DNA of 25,598 nucleotides from a virus (lineage: Duplodnaviria > Caudoviricetes): positions 1 to 25,598 of IMG/VR virus record IMGVR_UViG_3300020045_015663; one strand, written 5' to 3'. Made by a program: the position numbers and the translations under genes. The notes below the pieces were generated by a model. It searched no databases. It saw nothing but the letters and a program-made list of their open reading frames with translations, and was not told the origin of the DNA. Position 1 is the stretch's first letter, and each line of letters begins with the position of its first letter. Positions 8,934-16,680 of this stretch are shown piece after piece.

Positions 8934-11593
8934 TGAATGTACTCGAAATAAAATTCTTTAGGCAGCCTACTGTAGGGATGTTTTTCAGGTTTCGCCTGCA
9001 GCGTGAAGATGGTACGTTGTCTTTTAGTGTGTTGTTTAGTATAGGCTCGTTTATTATTGGCTCAACGCTGGCGCAAACGCTTAATACTATCTGCGATATC
9101 CTTAATTCATCCGGTGGTGCTAATTTTAGTTTTACCGTGGTGGGCGATTCTATATTTGCAAATTATACAGGTGAATATTATTTAACGCTGACTAATGTTG
9201 CCCAGGAACTGGATTATTTTCACCTGTATTATATTGATGTTCAGGCCCAGGGTTTCGCGCCGTTTAACATCGACCTGTTTAGTGTTGAAGTTAACGATAC
9301 GTACGAAAATACCCGTACGCTGGTGGAGCATTTTTCTAAAAAAGATACCGTTAACCTTACCTGGGATGGTGGCGATGCGCTGTACCAACCCATGATGGCC
9401 AGTGCTTTAGATTTTTCTATGCAGGTGCCCAATGCGGTAGACGGATATTTTTTACACCTTCTTACCGGCGATGAAAAACGGTACTTTGTGCGCCTTAAAA
9501 ACCACGATACAAACGGCGGAACGCAATTATTATGGCAGGGCTTTATACTGCCGGACCTGTACAAGGAACCGTATAAAAACGGTGCCCTGTTTGTTGATTT
9601 TACCGCTGTAGATATGCTGGCATCGCTTAAGGGTAAAACTTTTGAACCGTGGTTTTATTCGGCTACGTTTACCCTGCCTGAAATTTTGGGTTATATCCTT
9701 GCTGAAACCGGCCTGCAGCAGGAAATGTATGTTAAGAATATGATGGAAAATTATCGTGATGGGGAACCTTTTGAATGGCGATACATTAACCTCACGCTAA
9801 AGCCGTTTATTGATGGTGATGATTACAGTGATCTTTATGTTATACTGGAAAGTATTTTAAACGCGCAGGGCCTGCAAATTTTATCGTTCCGGGGTAAATG
9901 GATATTACAGGGTTTTACACGTCGCCAGGAGGCCAGCGGTATTGCCGAAGTGTATTATCCTGATGGTGTGTACAAAGAAACGGTAACGTTAAACCATGAT
10001 GTGGTAAACCCTCTGTTTAATCCTACGCCTATTGTTATTGGTGAAACGCCTTATAATTCGGTGGCTATAAATTTTGAATCGGAAACGGGTGATAACCTTT
10101 TTACGGACGATGTTGTGCTGTTGGATTATTACACTACCCGTTACCGTTATGATGCTGATATTTTTGATACTGTAAATGGTTTTGTGACCGGCTTTAATGC
10201 GGCGTGGAATAAAATCAATTTACCTATGTGTAACTGGAGTAACGGCGAAAAGCAGGGCTTTGAATACAGTTGGGATGAAAGAATGTACCCTGTATACCAG
10301 GTAAACGAGGCTGTGGCTTTAGTTAATTACTTTGAGTGCAAACAGCAGCCCTATGTAAAACAGGGTAGGCGTTTTGAACTTGATATAGAGGCAAACTGTA
10401 GTTTTTTGTTTACCATCCGTACGCTCCAGGAGTTTATAAGCGATATTGAAGGCACTGGGTATGATGCCACTTTGTTGTTTCAGGTGTTGTTAAATGGTCG
10501 TGAATTTTTGTCTAACCGGCCGGGCTTTAGTGCTAACAGGCGTTTACAGTTTACAAAAAGGTTTATAAGGGAATTGCCTGAAAACTTGCCGTATCACAGA
10601 TATATGGCTTCGTTTACACTTAAATATGAATTTGTTATTCCTGAAGATGGTGTTTTAACGTTCAGGTTTTTGCCAGCCTTTGGTAGTAGTACCCGAAACG
10701 GTAATGTGTTGTTGGGGTATGCTATGAGTCCTCAGGTATTAAAAATAACCGCAAAAGATAACGTGGCTAAAGAAGAAAGTGCTGTAGCGCTGCGCCCGGT
10801 AAATACTACTATGCAGTATAGTGGTAGTATTTCTTATATCGCATCGCCGGATGCCTCCCTGGTGAATAATTTTGGATATGGCCGTCGTGTTTTCGACAGG
10901 TATTTACCTATACCGATAACGGCGGGCATACCTATTTCAGATGTGCATTACAGGAGCGTAAATGAGCCGGATTCAAATTTTTTCCCTACAACAGGTACCG
11001 CGCTTGTGGCGGCTTATTTATTGCTGACACAACATGAGGTGGATTATTTTTGGCAAGACTTTATTTTTCGTCTTAAAGATGGTAATAAGGCTGTTTTGTT
11101 AAAAAAAGCCGATGGCAGTAAAATGCAATACCCTTCGCTTTATACTAAAACGTACCGGGGCAGGTATTATATAGTAGCCTACAATAGTTTTAGCCCTGTA
11201 GAGTTTGGCCTGCCTTTTTTACCTGACGGTTATACTGAGCTTCCTGTTATTGGGCCGGGCGATGCGTTAAGTTATATGGTAAATCTTACCGCGGTAGAAA
11301 ATGTAAGGCAGCGCGAACTATGGAAAATTTACGGTTTTACCGATTACACTTTAAAAACCTATGCTAAAACAATGGCCTACGCTTACCACTGCACCCGGCC
11401 TGCCACAATATTTAATATAGATGCAACGGCGCTAAAACTGGTGTGGCCGCTGCAAAGGGTGTTGTTTAGATACCTAGGCCAAAACCGGTACTTTTTACCG
11501 GTGCGGTACAAATTAAACCTTTTTGGCGGCAAAACCGAACTAACAATGAAAGAAGCGATTTTAACCGAATTAAATGATGTGAGTTATGAGTAA
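8933..11593 (+). CDS. Large tail tip / baseplate hub protein
   Basis: 886 aa coupled to the tape measure gene (TAATG); LWQGFILPDLYKEPY...FTAVDMLASLK pattern; aromatic and beta-rich. Confidence 0.7.
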   Translation: MNVLEIKFFRQPTVGMFFRFRLQREDGTLSFSVLFSIGSFIIGSTLAQTLNTICDILNSSGGANFSFTVVGDSIFANYTGEYYLTLTNVAQELDYFHLYYIDVQAQGFAPFNIDLFSVEVNDTYENTRTLVEHFSKKDTVNLTWDGGDALYQPMMASALDFSMQVPNAVDGYFLHLLTGDEKRYFVRLKNHDTNGGTQLLWQGFILPDLYKEPYKNGALFVDFTAVDMLASLKGKTFEPWFYSATFTLPEILGYILAETGLQQEMYVKNMMENYRDGEPFEWRYINLTLKPFIDGDDYSDLYVILESILNAQGLQILSFRGKWILQGFTRRQEASGIAEVYYPDGVYKETVTLNHDVVNPLFNPTPIVIGETPYNSVAINFESETGDNLFTDDVVLLDYYTTRYRYDADIFDTVNGFVTGFNAAWNKINLPMCNWSNGEKQGFEYSWDERMYPVYQVNEAVALVNYFECKQQPYVKQGRRFELDIEANCSFLFTIRTLQEFISDIEGTGYDATLLFQVLLNGREFLSNRPGFSANRRLQFTKRFIRELPENLPYHRYMASFTLKYEFVIPEDGVLTFRFLPAFGSSTRNGNVLLGYAMSPQVLKITAKDNVAKEESAVALRPVNTTMQYSGSISYIASPDASLVNNFGYGRRVFDRYLPIPITAGIPISDVHYRSVNEPDSNFFPTTGTALVAAYLLLTQHEVDYFWQDFIFRLKDGNKAVLLKKADGSKMQYPSLYTKTYRGRYYIVAYNSFSPVEFGLPFLPDGYTELPVIGPGDALSYMVNLTAVENVRQRELWKIYGFTDYTLKTYAKTMAYAYHCTRPATIFNIDATALKLVWPLQRVLFRYLGQNRYFLPVRYKLNLFGGKTELTMKEAILTELNDVSYE

Positions 11594-12158
11594 CCTAATA
11601 AACCTAACCATACTACAACACGCCGATAACGCCGATGTTGCCGTGTCCGGAACTACGGTAACGGTAAACAATAGTTATGCATCGGGCCTGAAGGATAAAG
11701 ATGTGGTAACGCTGAGCGCAATGGATGCCGATACCCTGGAGGCGTTTAAAAAAGTAACCGATTATTTTACTTATGCTTTTGAAGCATCGTGCCCGGTTAT
11801 TAAGGTGGCCTATGCGGCGCGGGTGTTTAGCCTGGCCGGTAGTTACGACCGCAGCGGTGTGGGTACCGTTACCCCGCCGTTTATTACCACCGCTACCCCG
11901 CTGGATGTGCGCTTTGAGTTCCCGGGGTTTGATGTTAATGATTTTGTAACTGCGCAGTACATTTTTGGCACCGGGTTCGATACTGCGGCCCTGGCGGCAC
12001 TGGCGGCGGCGGGCGTGGTGGTAACCAATGGCGATAAGGCATTTACGCTTGTGAGTAATACCAGGGAGTGTAAAGTTTATTTTTCGCAACCAAGTGGTAC
12101 CACGGGAAAATATGTAATTGTATACCCCGCTGCCGAAACCATAATACCCCGAACGTAA
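11586..12158 (+). CDS. Putative minor tail protein
   Basis: 190 aa, overlaps the previous stop; lies in the tail module; no family recognised. Confidence 0.6.
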   Translation: MSNLINLTILQHADNADVAVSGTTVTVNNSYASGLKDKDVVTLSAMDADTLEAFKKVTDYFTYAFEASCPVIKVAYAARVFSLAGSYDRSGVGTVTPPFITTATPLDVRFEFPGFDVNDFVTAQYIFGTGFDTAALAALAAAGVVVTNGDKAFTLVSNTRECKVYFSQPSGTTGKYVIVYPAAETIIPRT

Positions 12159-12304
12159 TGGCAAACAATAATAAAGTACACGTTATAGGTTTTCGCCCAC
12201 GGCGGTATGAGCGGCCGCAGCCTTCAGGGCAAAATTTTAAAGCTTCAACAACATTGGTAAAGGCAAGTACAACGCTGTATAAGGCAAGTAAAACAGTAAT
12301 ATAA
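12158..12304 (+). CDS. 48-aa triple-repeat protein (not in ORF track), putative fibre-docking adaptor
   Basis: MANNNKVHVIGFRPRRYERPQPSGQNFKASTTLVKASTTLYKASKTVI; TAATG stop/start overlaps at both ends fill the gap exactly. Confidence 0.85.
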   Translation: MANNNKVHVIGFRPRRYERPQPSGQNFKASTTLVKASTTLYKASKTVI

Positions 12305-12666
12305 TGGCACAGGAAATAATAAATATCGGGGTTGTTGATAATGATCCGGATGCTGATGATATCAGGGAGGCGTTTCGTAAATCAAAATCGAATTTTACAG
12401 AGTTGTACAACGCTACGCAAAATGTAAACCGTATTAATGTGTACCTCATGAACCCCGCGCGCGATGCTGAATATTACTTTGAGAGCGCTGCCACGGTAAG
12501 CGCGGTAATGCTTCGGCACGGCATTTCGGCGTTAACGGTTAGTATAGGCGGGGCGGCGTTTATCCCGGCGGTGGCTGGGGCTTACATTCCTGCAAATACC
12601 GATGTTATCTGGCGCGTAACGTATTCGCCGGGCAGTGTTAAAGCATTATTTTATATAAAACTATAA
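12304..12666 (+). CDS. Short fibre/connector protein with T4 gp9/gp10-like N-terminus
   Basis: MAQEIINIGVVDNDPDADDIREAFRKSKSNFTELY resembles the INIG..ND..GD.LR.AF.K.N.NF.ELY motif. Confidence 0.7.
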   Translation: MAQEIINIGVVDNDPDADDIREAFRKSKSNFTELYNATQNVNRINVYLMNPARDAEYYFESAATVSAVMLRHGISALTVSIGGAAFIPAVAGAYIPANTDVIWRVTYSPGSVKALFYIKL

Positions 12667-12669
12667 GCG

Positions 12670-12942
12670 ATGGTAGAAATTGAGAACGGTATTTTTTGGG
12701 ATACGGCCCTGGGGCTGTATGAACAAACTGAAGAAGTTAGAAATTTGCTTTCGGAATATTTAAAAAACCCGCCTGTAGAGGTGGTGTATGAAGATTGCGA
12801 TAGTGATAATAAGCGCGTTTTGTATAAAGTGTACGCTTTTGGGGATGCGTTTTTTAAGGTAGAATATATTTACGTGGGTGCGCCGGACAGTAATGAATGG
12901 GCAGGTATAAAAGATAAAATATATACAGTTTATGGCACATAA
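12670..12942 (+). CDS. Hypothetical acidic protein in tail fibre region
   Basis: 90-aa ORF tightly packed in the operon. Confidence 0.6.
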   Translation: MVEIENGIFWDTALGLYEQTEEVRNLLSEYLKNPPVEVVYEDCDSDNKRVLYKVYAFGDAFFKVEYIYVGAPDSNEWAGIKDKIYTVYGT

Positions 12943-14257
12943 TTTTAGGTTAACAGGGGCGGTATATGTCAGTAAGGCCGGTAATGATAGTAATGCAGGT
13001 ACAAGCCCCGATGCTCCAAAAGCCACGATAGGCGGGGCAATAACGGCAAATGTTGCCGGGCTTATTGTTGTGGGTACGGGTTCGTATAACGAAGTGTTTA
13101 CAATTCCTTCCGGTAGTAATATTACAGGTATCGTGGCCGATGGTACTGTGCTTTTTTATGGCACCGGCAGTATTGTTTTTGGTAAAGCGGTAACGGTAAC
13201 GGGGTTTATTTTTGATGGGTATACATCGGTGGCGGGAACGGCATCAAGTGTTACGTACACATCGTGTGTTTTTAAAAACATAACGGCTTTTCCTTCCAGG
13301 AGCGGCGGCGTTGAAGTTGGTAATTTTAGCCAGTGTATTTTTTTAAGGTGTACCTGGGCTTTTTTAACTACGCCAATTACAAATTATGCGCTTTTCAATA
13401 GTCTTTTTATTGATTGTTATGTTAGAAACGTTTCTAAAATGACGGGGTGTTATGTAAATGAGTTTACAGATCTTAAAGTGTATGACGCGATTAGTAGCAG
13501 TAATTTTAATAACAACAATATTGAGGGCCGCATTTCTATGGGTACCAATGTTTACCAAAACCTGGCCGCTCACAAAGTATCGTACCCTTCGTTAAACGTC
13601 ACCAGTTTTAATTTGCCGCCGCATTTTAATAATGCTGCAAAGCTTGATTTTACGCTGCAATTTGACAGCCCGCACATTATTCCTGATGCGGCCTTTAATA
13701 TTGGCGGTACGCAATATGCAAAATCAATAACGGTTTTAGATGCGGCGTGCCTTCCTGTTAATGGTGCGGTTTTGGAAAATCTCCAGTACGACGGTGTAGA
13801 TCTGGTGGTATCGCCGGGCTTCACTTCCGGGGTTATAACCACCGCCCCTATTTTGGTGTCTCCTACGCCGGTAGAGTTGAAATTTTTTAAAATAAACGGT
13901 TTGCTGGCATTTAACAAATCTACAGCCGGGGGCAGTGCCACAAATATAAACGTGCCCGATGCTACGGTTTTTGCCGGCAGCGATGCCAGCGGAATGGGTA
14001 ACCCTGACAGGCTTGTGCAGGAATTTAGATGGACGGCGTCTGATGTTGCCCCGGCGATAAATGTAGATGCCGATTACCCAAACGGTGGTTTACTGGCGGC
14101 GGGCGTTTTTGGTAAATTCTTAACCGGCGATATTGCGCCATCTGTAGATAATACAGGCAAAACAAACGGTGTGCAGGGTTTTAATCAGGCGGCCGTTACT
14201 GTGGTTACTGTAACCTATGTGCAGCTGCGTTTAACTATAACTAACGGATATTTATAA
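12932..14257 (+). CDS. Putative tailspike / right-handed beta-helix receptor-binding protein
   Basis: VYVSKAGNDSNAGTSPDAPKATI...IVVGTGSYNE cap motif of pectin-lyase-like folds; repeated xCxF / N-rich rungs. Confidence 0.65.
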   Translation: MAHNFRLTGAVYVSKAGNDSNAGTSPDAPKATIGGAITANVAGLIVVGTGSYNEVFTIPSGSNITGIVADGTVLFYGTGSIVFGKAVTVTGFIFDGYTSVAGTASSVTYTSCVFKNITAFPSRSGGVEVGNFSQCIFLRCTWAFLTTPITNYALFNSLFIDCYVRNVSKMTGCYVNEFTDLKVYDAISSSNFNNNNIEGRISMGTNVYQNLAAHKVSYPSLNVTSFNLPPHFNNAAKLDFTLQFDSPHIIPDAAFNIGGTQYAKSITVLDAACLPVNGAVLENLQYDGVDLVVSPGFTSGVITTAPILVSPTPVELKFFKINGLLAFNKSTAGGSATNINVPDATVFAGSDASGMGNPDRLVQEFRWTASDVAPAINVDADYPNGGLLAAGVFGKFLTGDIAPSVDNTGKTNGVQGFNQAAVTVVTVTYVQLRLTITNGYL

Positions 14258-14472
14258 TGGCAGCCATAAACCAGGAACCTACAGGGCTTTTTGGCGTGTC
14301 GTTCGGCATCCGGAAAGTGCAGAACATAGAGGTGCAGCGCGGGGTAAAAGGGGTGTCGTTCGGTATCGACCGGAGGCAGCCCATCGAGGCGCAAAAGGGG
14401 GTAAAAGGCGTGTCTTTTGGTATAGAATACAAAGGGCAGGTAATAATAACAACGCATTATGAAAGAACTTAA
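14257..14472 (+). CDS. 71-aa protein with three repeats of 19-aa period (GVKGVSFGI core)
   Basis: TAATG-coupled to the beta-helix gene; 57-nt period; repeat cores differ at synonymous positions. Confidence 0.8.
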   Translation: MAAINQEPTGLFGVSFGIRKVQNIEVQRGVKGVSFGIDRRQPIEAQKGVKGVSFGIEYKGQVIITTHYERT

Positions 14473-14475
14473 GGT

Positions 14476-15006
14476 ATGAAAACATTTCTTTTAAAACAGT
14501 ATTACGCCATCATTTTGCTGGCAACAAAACAGCCTACATTTTACGAAAAGGTGTGTTATTTTGGTAAAGTAGTAGTAACGTTAGGGCCGGTGGTGGCGAT
14601 CATAGATGCGCTTTCTATCTGGTTTTACTCCAACTCTAATTTTATTGCGGTAATGCTGGGTGTTTTGGTTATAAATATGGGTATCGGTATCTGGTACCAT
14701 TATGTAATGAAAACATTTAGCTGGCGGCTTTTTATGGGGCGCAATGCCGAAATGTTCCTAGTAATATTTGTAGTGTATATTCTTTTAGAACTGCTGCGCT
14801 TTGTGGTGGGTAACAATGTGGTGGGTAATGGTTTTAAAGTTTTGGTGCAAACCACTACCATTATTTACCCGGTGTCTAAAAGCCTTAAAAACATTTACAT
14901 ACTCAGCGAAAAACGCCATCCGCCCGCCTTTATAATGGAACGGCTTTACAAATTTGAAAAGACCGGCGATATAAAAGATTTAATAGAAAACGATAAAACA
15001 GAATAG
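14476..15006 (+). CDS. Holin
   Basis: 176 aa, about four hydrophobic segments, charged C-terminus, upstream of the endolysin. Confidence 0.75.
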   Translation: MKTFLLKQYYAIILLATKQPTFYEKVCYFGKVVVTLGPVVAIIDALSIWFYSNSNFIAVMLGVLVINMGIGIWYHYVMKTFSWRLFMGRNAEMFLVIFVVYILLELLRFVVGNNVVGNGFKVLVQTTTIIYPVSKSLKNIYILSEKRHPPAFIMERLYKFEKTGDIKDLIENDKTE

Positions 15007-15008
15007 TT

Positions 15009-15254
15009 ATGATTGATAAAAAAACGTGGGAAGAGTTTCGGGCTACCGGTGTTCTTTTGATTATAAATCAATTGTTGCATGTTTTCGGTTGGGCAATTGT
15101 ATTCAATTTTGATGGGGATAAACTTGTTGAAGTTTATCCGGCCCGTGTGAAGTTTCGGGGATTTGATTCTGAAACGACAACCGAAAATTACCGTAAGGTT
15201 GGTAAATATATGAAAGATAATGCGGATGAATTATATAACGAAATAAAAGAATAG
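15009..15254 (+). CDS. Hypothetical protein inserted in lysis cassette
   Basis: 81 aa; flanked by the 12-bp direct repeat AGAATAGTTATG. Confidence 0.7.
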   Translation: MIDKKTWEEFRATGVLLIINQLLHVFGWAIVFNFDGDKLVEVYPARVKFRGFDSETTTENYRKVGKYMKDNADELYNEIKE

Positions 15255-15256
15255 TT

Positions 15257-15736
15257 ATGGCAGCGGATCAGATTACGTTAGACAGGATTGCAAAACTGCA
15301 TCCTAAAGTGCGGCAACAGGTGCAGGATATGTATATGCATGCAAACAATAAATTACTGGGTAAAAACGTACGCCTGCGATTTTCTCAGGGGTTGCGCACC
15401 ATTGCAGAGCAAAACGAATTGTACGCTCAGGGCAGGGCAGGCGATAAGCGGCCGATTGTAACCAATGCAAAGGGCGGCTTCAGTTACCATAATTACGGGC
15501 TGGCTTTTGATATTGTGTTGCTGTACGATAAAGACAATAACGGTACGTTTGAAACGGCCTCATGGGATAACCGGGACCCGAACTGGATCACGGTAACCGA
15601 ATATTTTAAAAGTGAGGGCTGGGCCTGGGGCGGCGATTTTAGAACCTTTAAAGATTACCCGCATTTTGAAAAAACATTCGGCTACGCAACTACGCAGCTT
15701 AAATTAAAAATGAATGGTAATTATCCGGCTATATGA
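15257..15736 (+). CDS. Endolysin, peptidase M15 (L-Ala-D-Glu peptidase-like)
   Basis: GLRTIAEQNELYAQGR, SYHNYGLAFD, WGGDF and DYPHFE zinc-peptidase motifs. Confidence 0.95.
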   Translation: MAADQITLDRIAKLHPKVRQQVQDMYMHANNKLLGKNVRLRFSQGLRTIAEQNELYAQGRAGDKRPIVTNAKGGFSYHNYGLAFDIVLLYDKDNNGTFETASWDNRDPNWITVTEYFKSEGWAWGGDFRTFKDYPHFEKTFGYATTQLKLKMNGNYPAI

Positions 15737-16368
15737 AATACAATATCAAAAACATAATAATTGCGGTCCTGGTGATCGCATTATTTTTTAGCTTTGGTAA
15801 GTGTGGGTTTGACCGGGGTATAAATAAAACGAACGCCGCCGCGCTTACCGATACGGTGGTGTACTTTAAAAACAAGCTTGGAACGCAAACTGCGACCATT
15901 AAAACCATCCTTGCCGAGCAAAGGGATTTGCTGGATGTTTTATTGAAAAAAGATAAAGAACTGGCCGCGCTGGCTTCGGAATTTGCAAAAGTGCATTACG
16001 TAACCAAATACAGCACCGTTACAAAATACGATACCATTGCGGTGGTTTTTAAAGATACGGTGCCCTGTGTGTTTGAGCGATCGGGGCGGGTGGCAGAAAA
16101 ATGGTACAGCTTCGGTTACCGCGCTAATCAGAAAGGTGTCGAATTCGACACCTTAACAATCCCTAACACCGCCACGGTAATAACCGGTATAAAGCGCAAA
16201 TGGTTTTTGGGTAAAGAAACCCTGGTTACCGATATTACAAACTCAAACCCGTATATAAAAGTGACCGGCATAACGGCCGCCGAAGTAATTTTACCGCAAC
16301 CGTGGTTTAAAAAGTGGTATATTTGGGCTATAATTGGCGGCGCGGGGGGTTTTTTTGCAGCGAAGTAA
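15733..16368 (+). CDS. Putative spanin (unimolecular-like topology)
   Basis: N-terminal hydrophobic signal ending in Cys (FSFGKC), coiled coil, C-terminal hydrophobic anchor WYIWAIIGGAGGFFAAK; follows the endolysin. Confidence 0.6.
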   Translation: MKYNIKNIIIAVLVIALFFSFGKCGFDRGINKTNAAALTDTVVYFKNKLGTQTATIKTILAEQRDLLDVLLKKDKELAALASEFAKVHYVTKYSTVTKYDTIAVVFKDTVPCVFERSGRVAEKWYSFGYRANQKGVEFDTLTIPNTATVITGIKRKWFLGKETLVTDITNSNPYIKVTGITAAEVILPQPWFKKWYIWAIIGGAGGFFAAK

Positions 16369-16411
16369 TGTTAATTTTATTCACGTTAAACGTGCATAAA
16401 GTTAATAATAA

Positions 16412-16429
16412 TGCATGTAAAGTGCATGT
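16412..16429 (+). repeat. Integrase arm-type sites (left arm of attP)
   Basis: TGCATGT at 16412 and 16423, 11-bp period; degenerate copies near 16380 and 16393. Confidence 0.65.
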
Positions 16430-16450
16430 TTAAAATTGATGTTTTTGTAT

Positions 16451-16463
16451 TAAATCGCTGATT
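16451..16463 (-). promoter_or_regulatory. IHF-type binding site in attP
   Basis: Reverse strand AATCAGCGATTTA matches WATCARNNNNTTR, between the arm sites and the core. Confidence 0.55.
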
Positions 16464-16504
16464 TTTAATAATTTGTAAGGCTAAATAAACGTAAAAACAC
16501 CTTT

Positions 16505-16548
16505 CTCATAATCAGGTTGTCCCTGGTTCGAGCCCAGGTGGGACCACC
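16505..16548 (+). mobile_element. attP core: 3' half of a CAT-anticodon tRNA (probably Ile2, else Met)
   Basis: CTCATAA anticodon loop, TCAGG, T arm CCTGG-TTCGAGC-CCAGG, acceptor strand TGGGACC-ACC; 5' half absent; adjacent to integrase. Confidence 0.9.
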
Positions 16549-16553
16549 GGCAG

Positions 16554-16580
16554 AAAGCCCCGTATATCGGGGCTTTTTTT
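16554..16580 (+). terminator. Rho-independent terminator after tRNA fragment
   Basis: AAAGCCCCG-TATAT-CGGGGCTTTTTTT. Confidence 0.9.
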
Positions 16581-16652
16581 GCGTTTATACTTTTCTGTAT
16601 ATTTTAATTTCATACTTTTATAACTCCAAAACGCACTATTTTGTAACATAAA

Positions 16653-16670
16653 TGCATGTTTTTTGCACGT
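16653..16670 (+). repeat. Integrase arm-type sites (right arm of attP)
   Basis: TGCATGT at 16653 and TGCACGT at 16664, same 11-bp period and orientation as the left pair. Confidence 0.65.
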
Positions 16671-16680
16671 TGATATTTTT

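Noticed and set aside
14293-14424. CRISPR-like repeat-spacer pattern with 57-nt period
   Set aside because: Repeats differ at synonymous codon positions, the spacers resemble each other, the period is a multiple of 3 within a coupled ORF, and there are no cas genes.
4377-14472. Diversity-generating retroelement or invertible fibre cassette
   Set aside because: No reverse transcriptase or invertase, and I found no template/variable repeat pair by eye.
75-14485. Numerous minus-strand and alternate-frame ORFs over the structural genes (e.g. 173-1000, 6350-6919, 11613-12164)
   Set aside because: They are shadows of well-supported plus-strand genes and show no recognisable motifs.
16505-16548. 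Functional phage tRNA-CAT gene
   Set aside because: The 5' acceptor strand, D arm and 5' anticodon stem are absent; it is an att core.
16663-16680. TTG start for the integrase
   Set aside because: It overlaps an arm-type repeat; ATG 16681 has a typical AT-rich leader.
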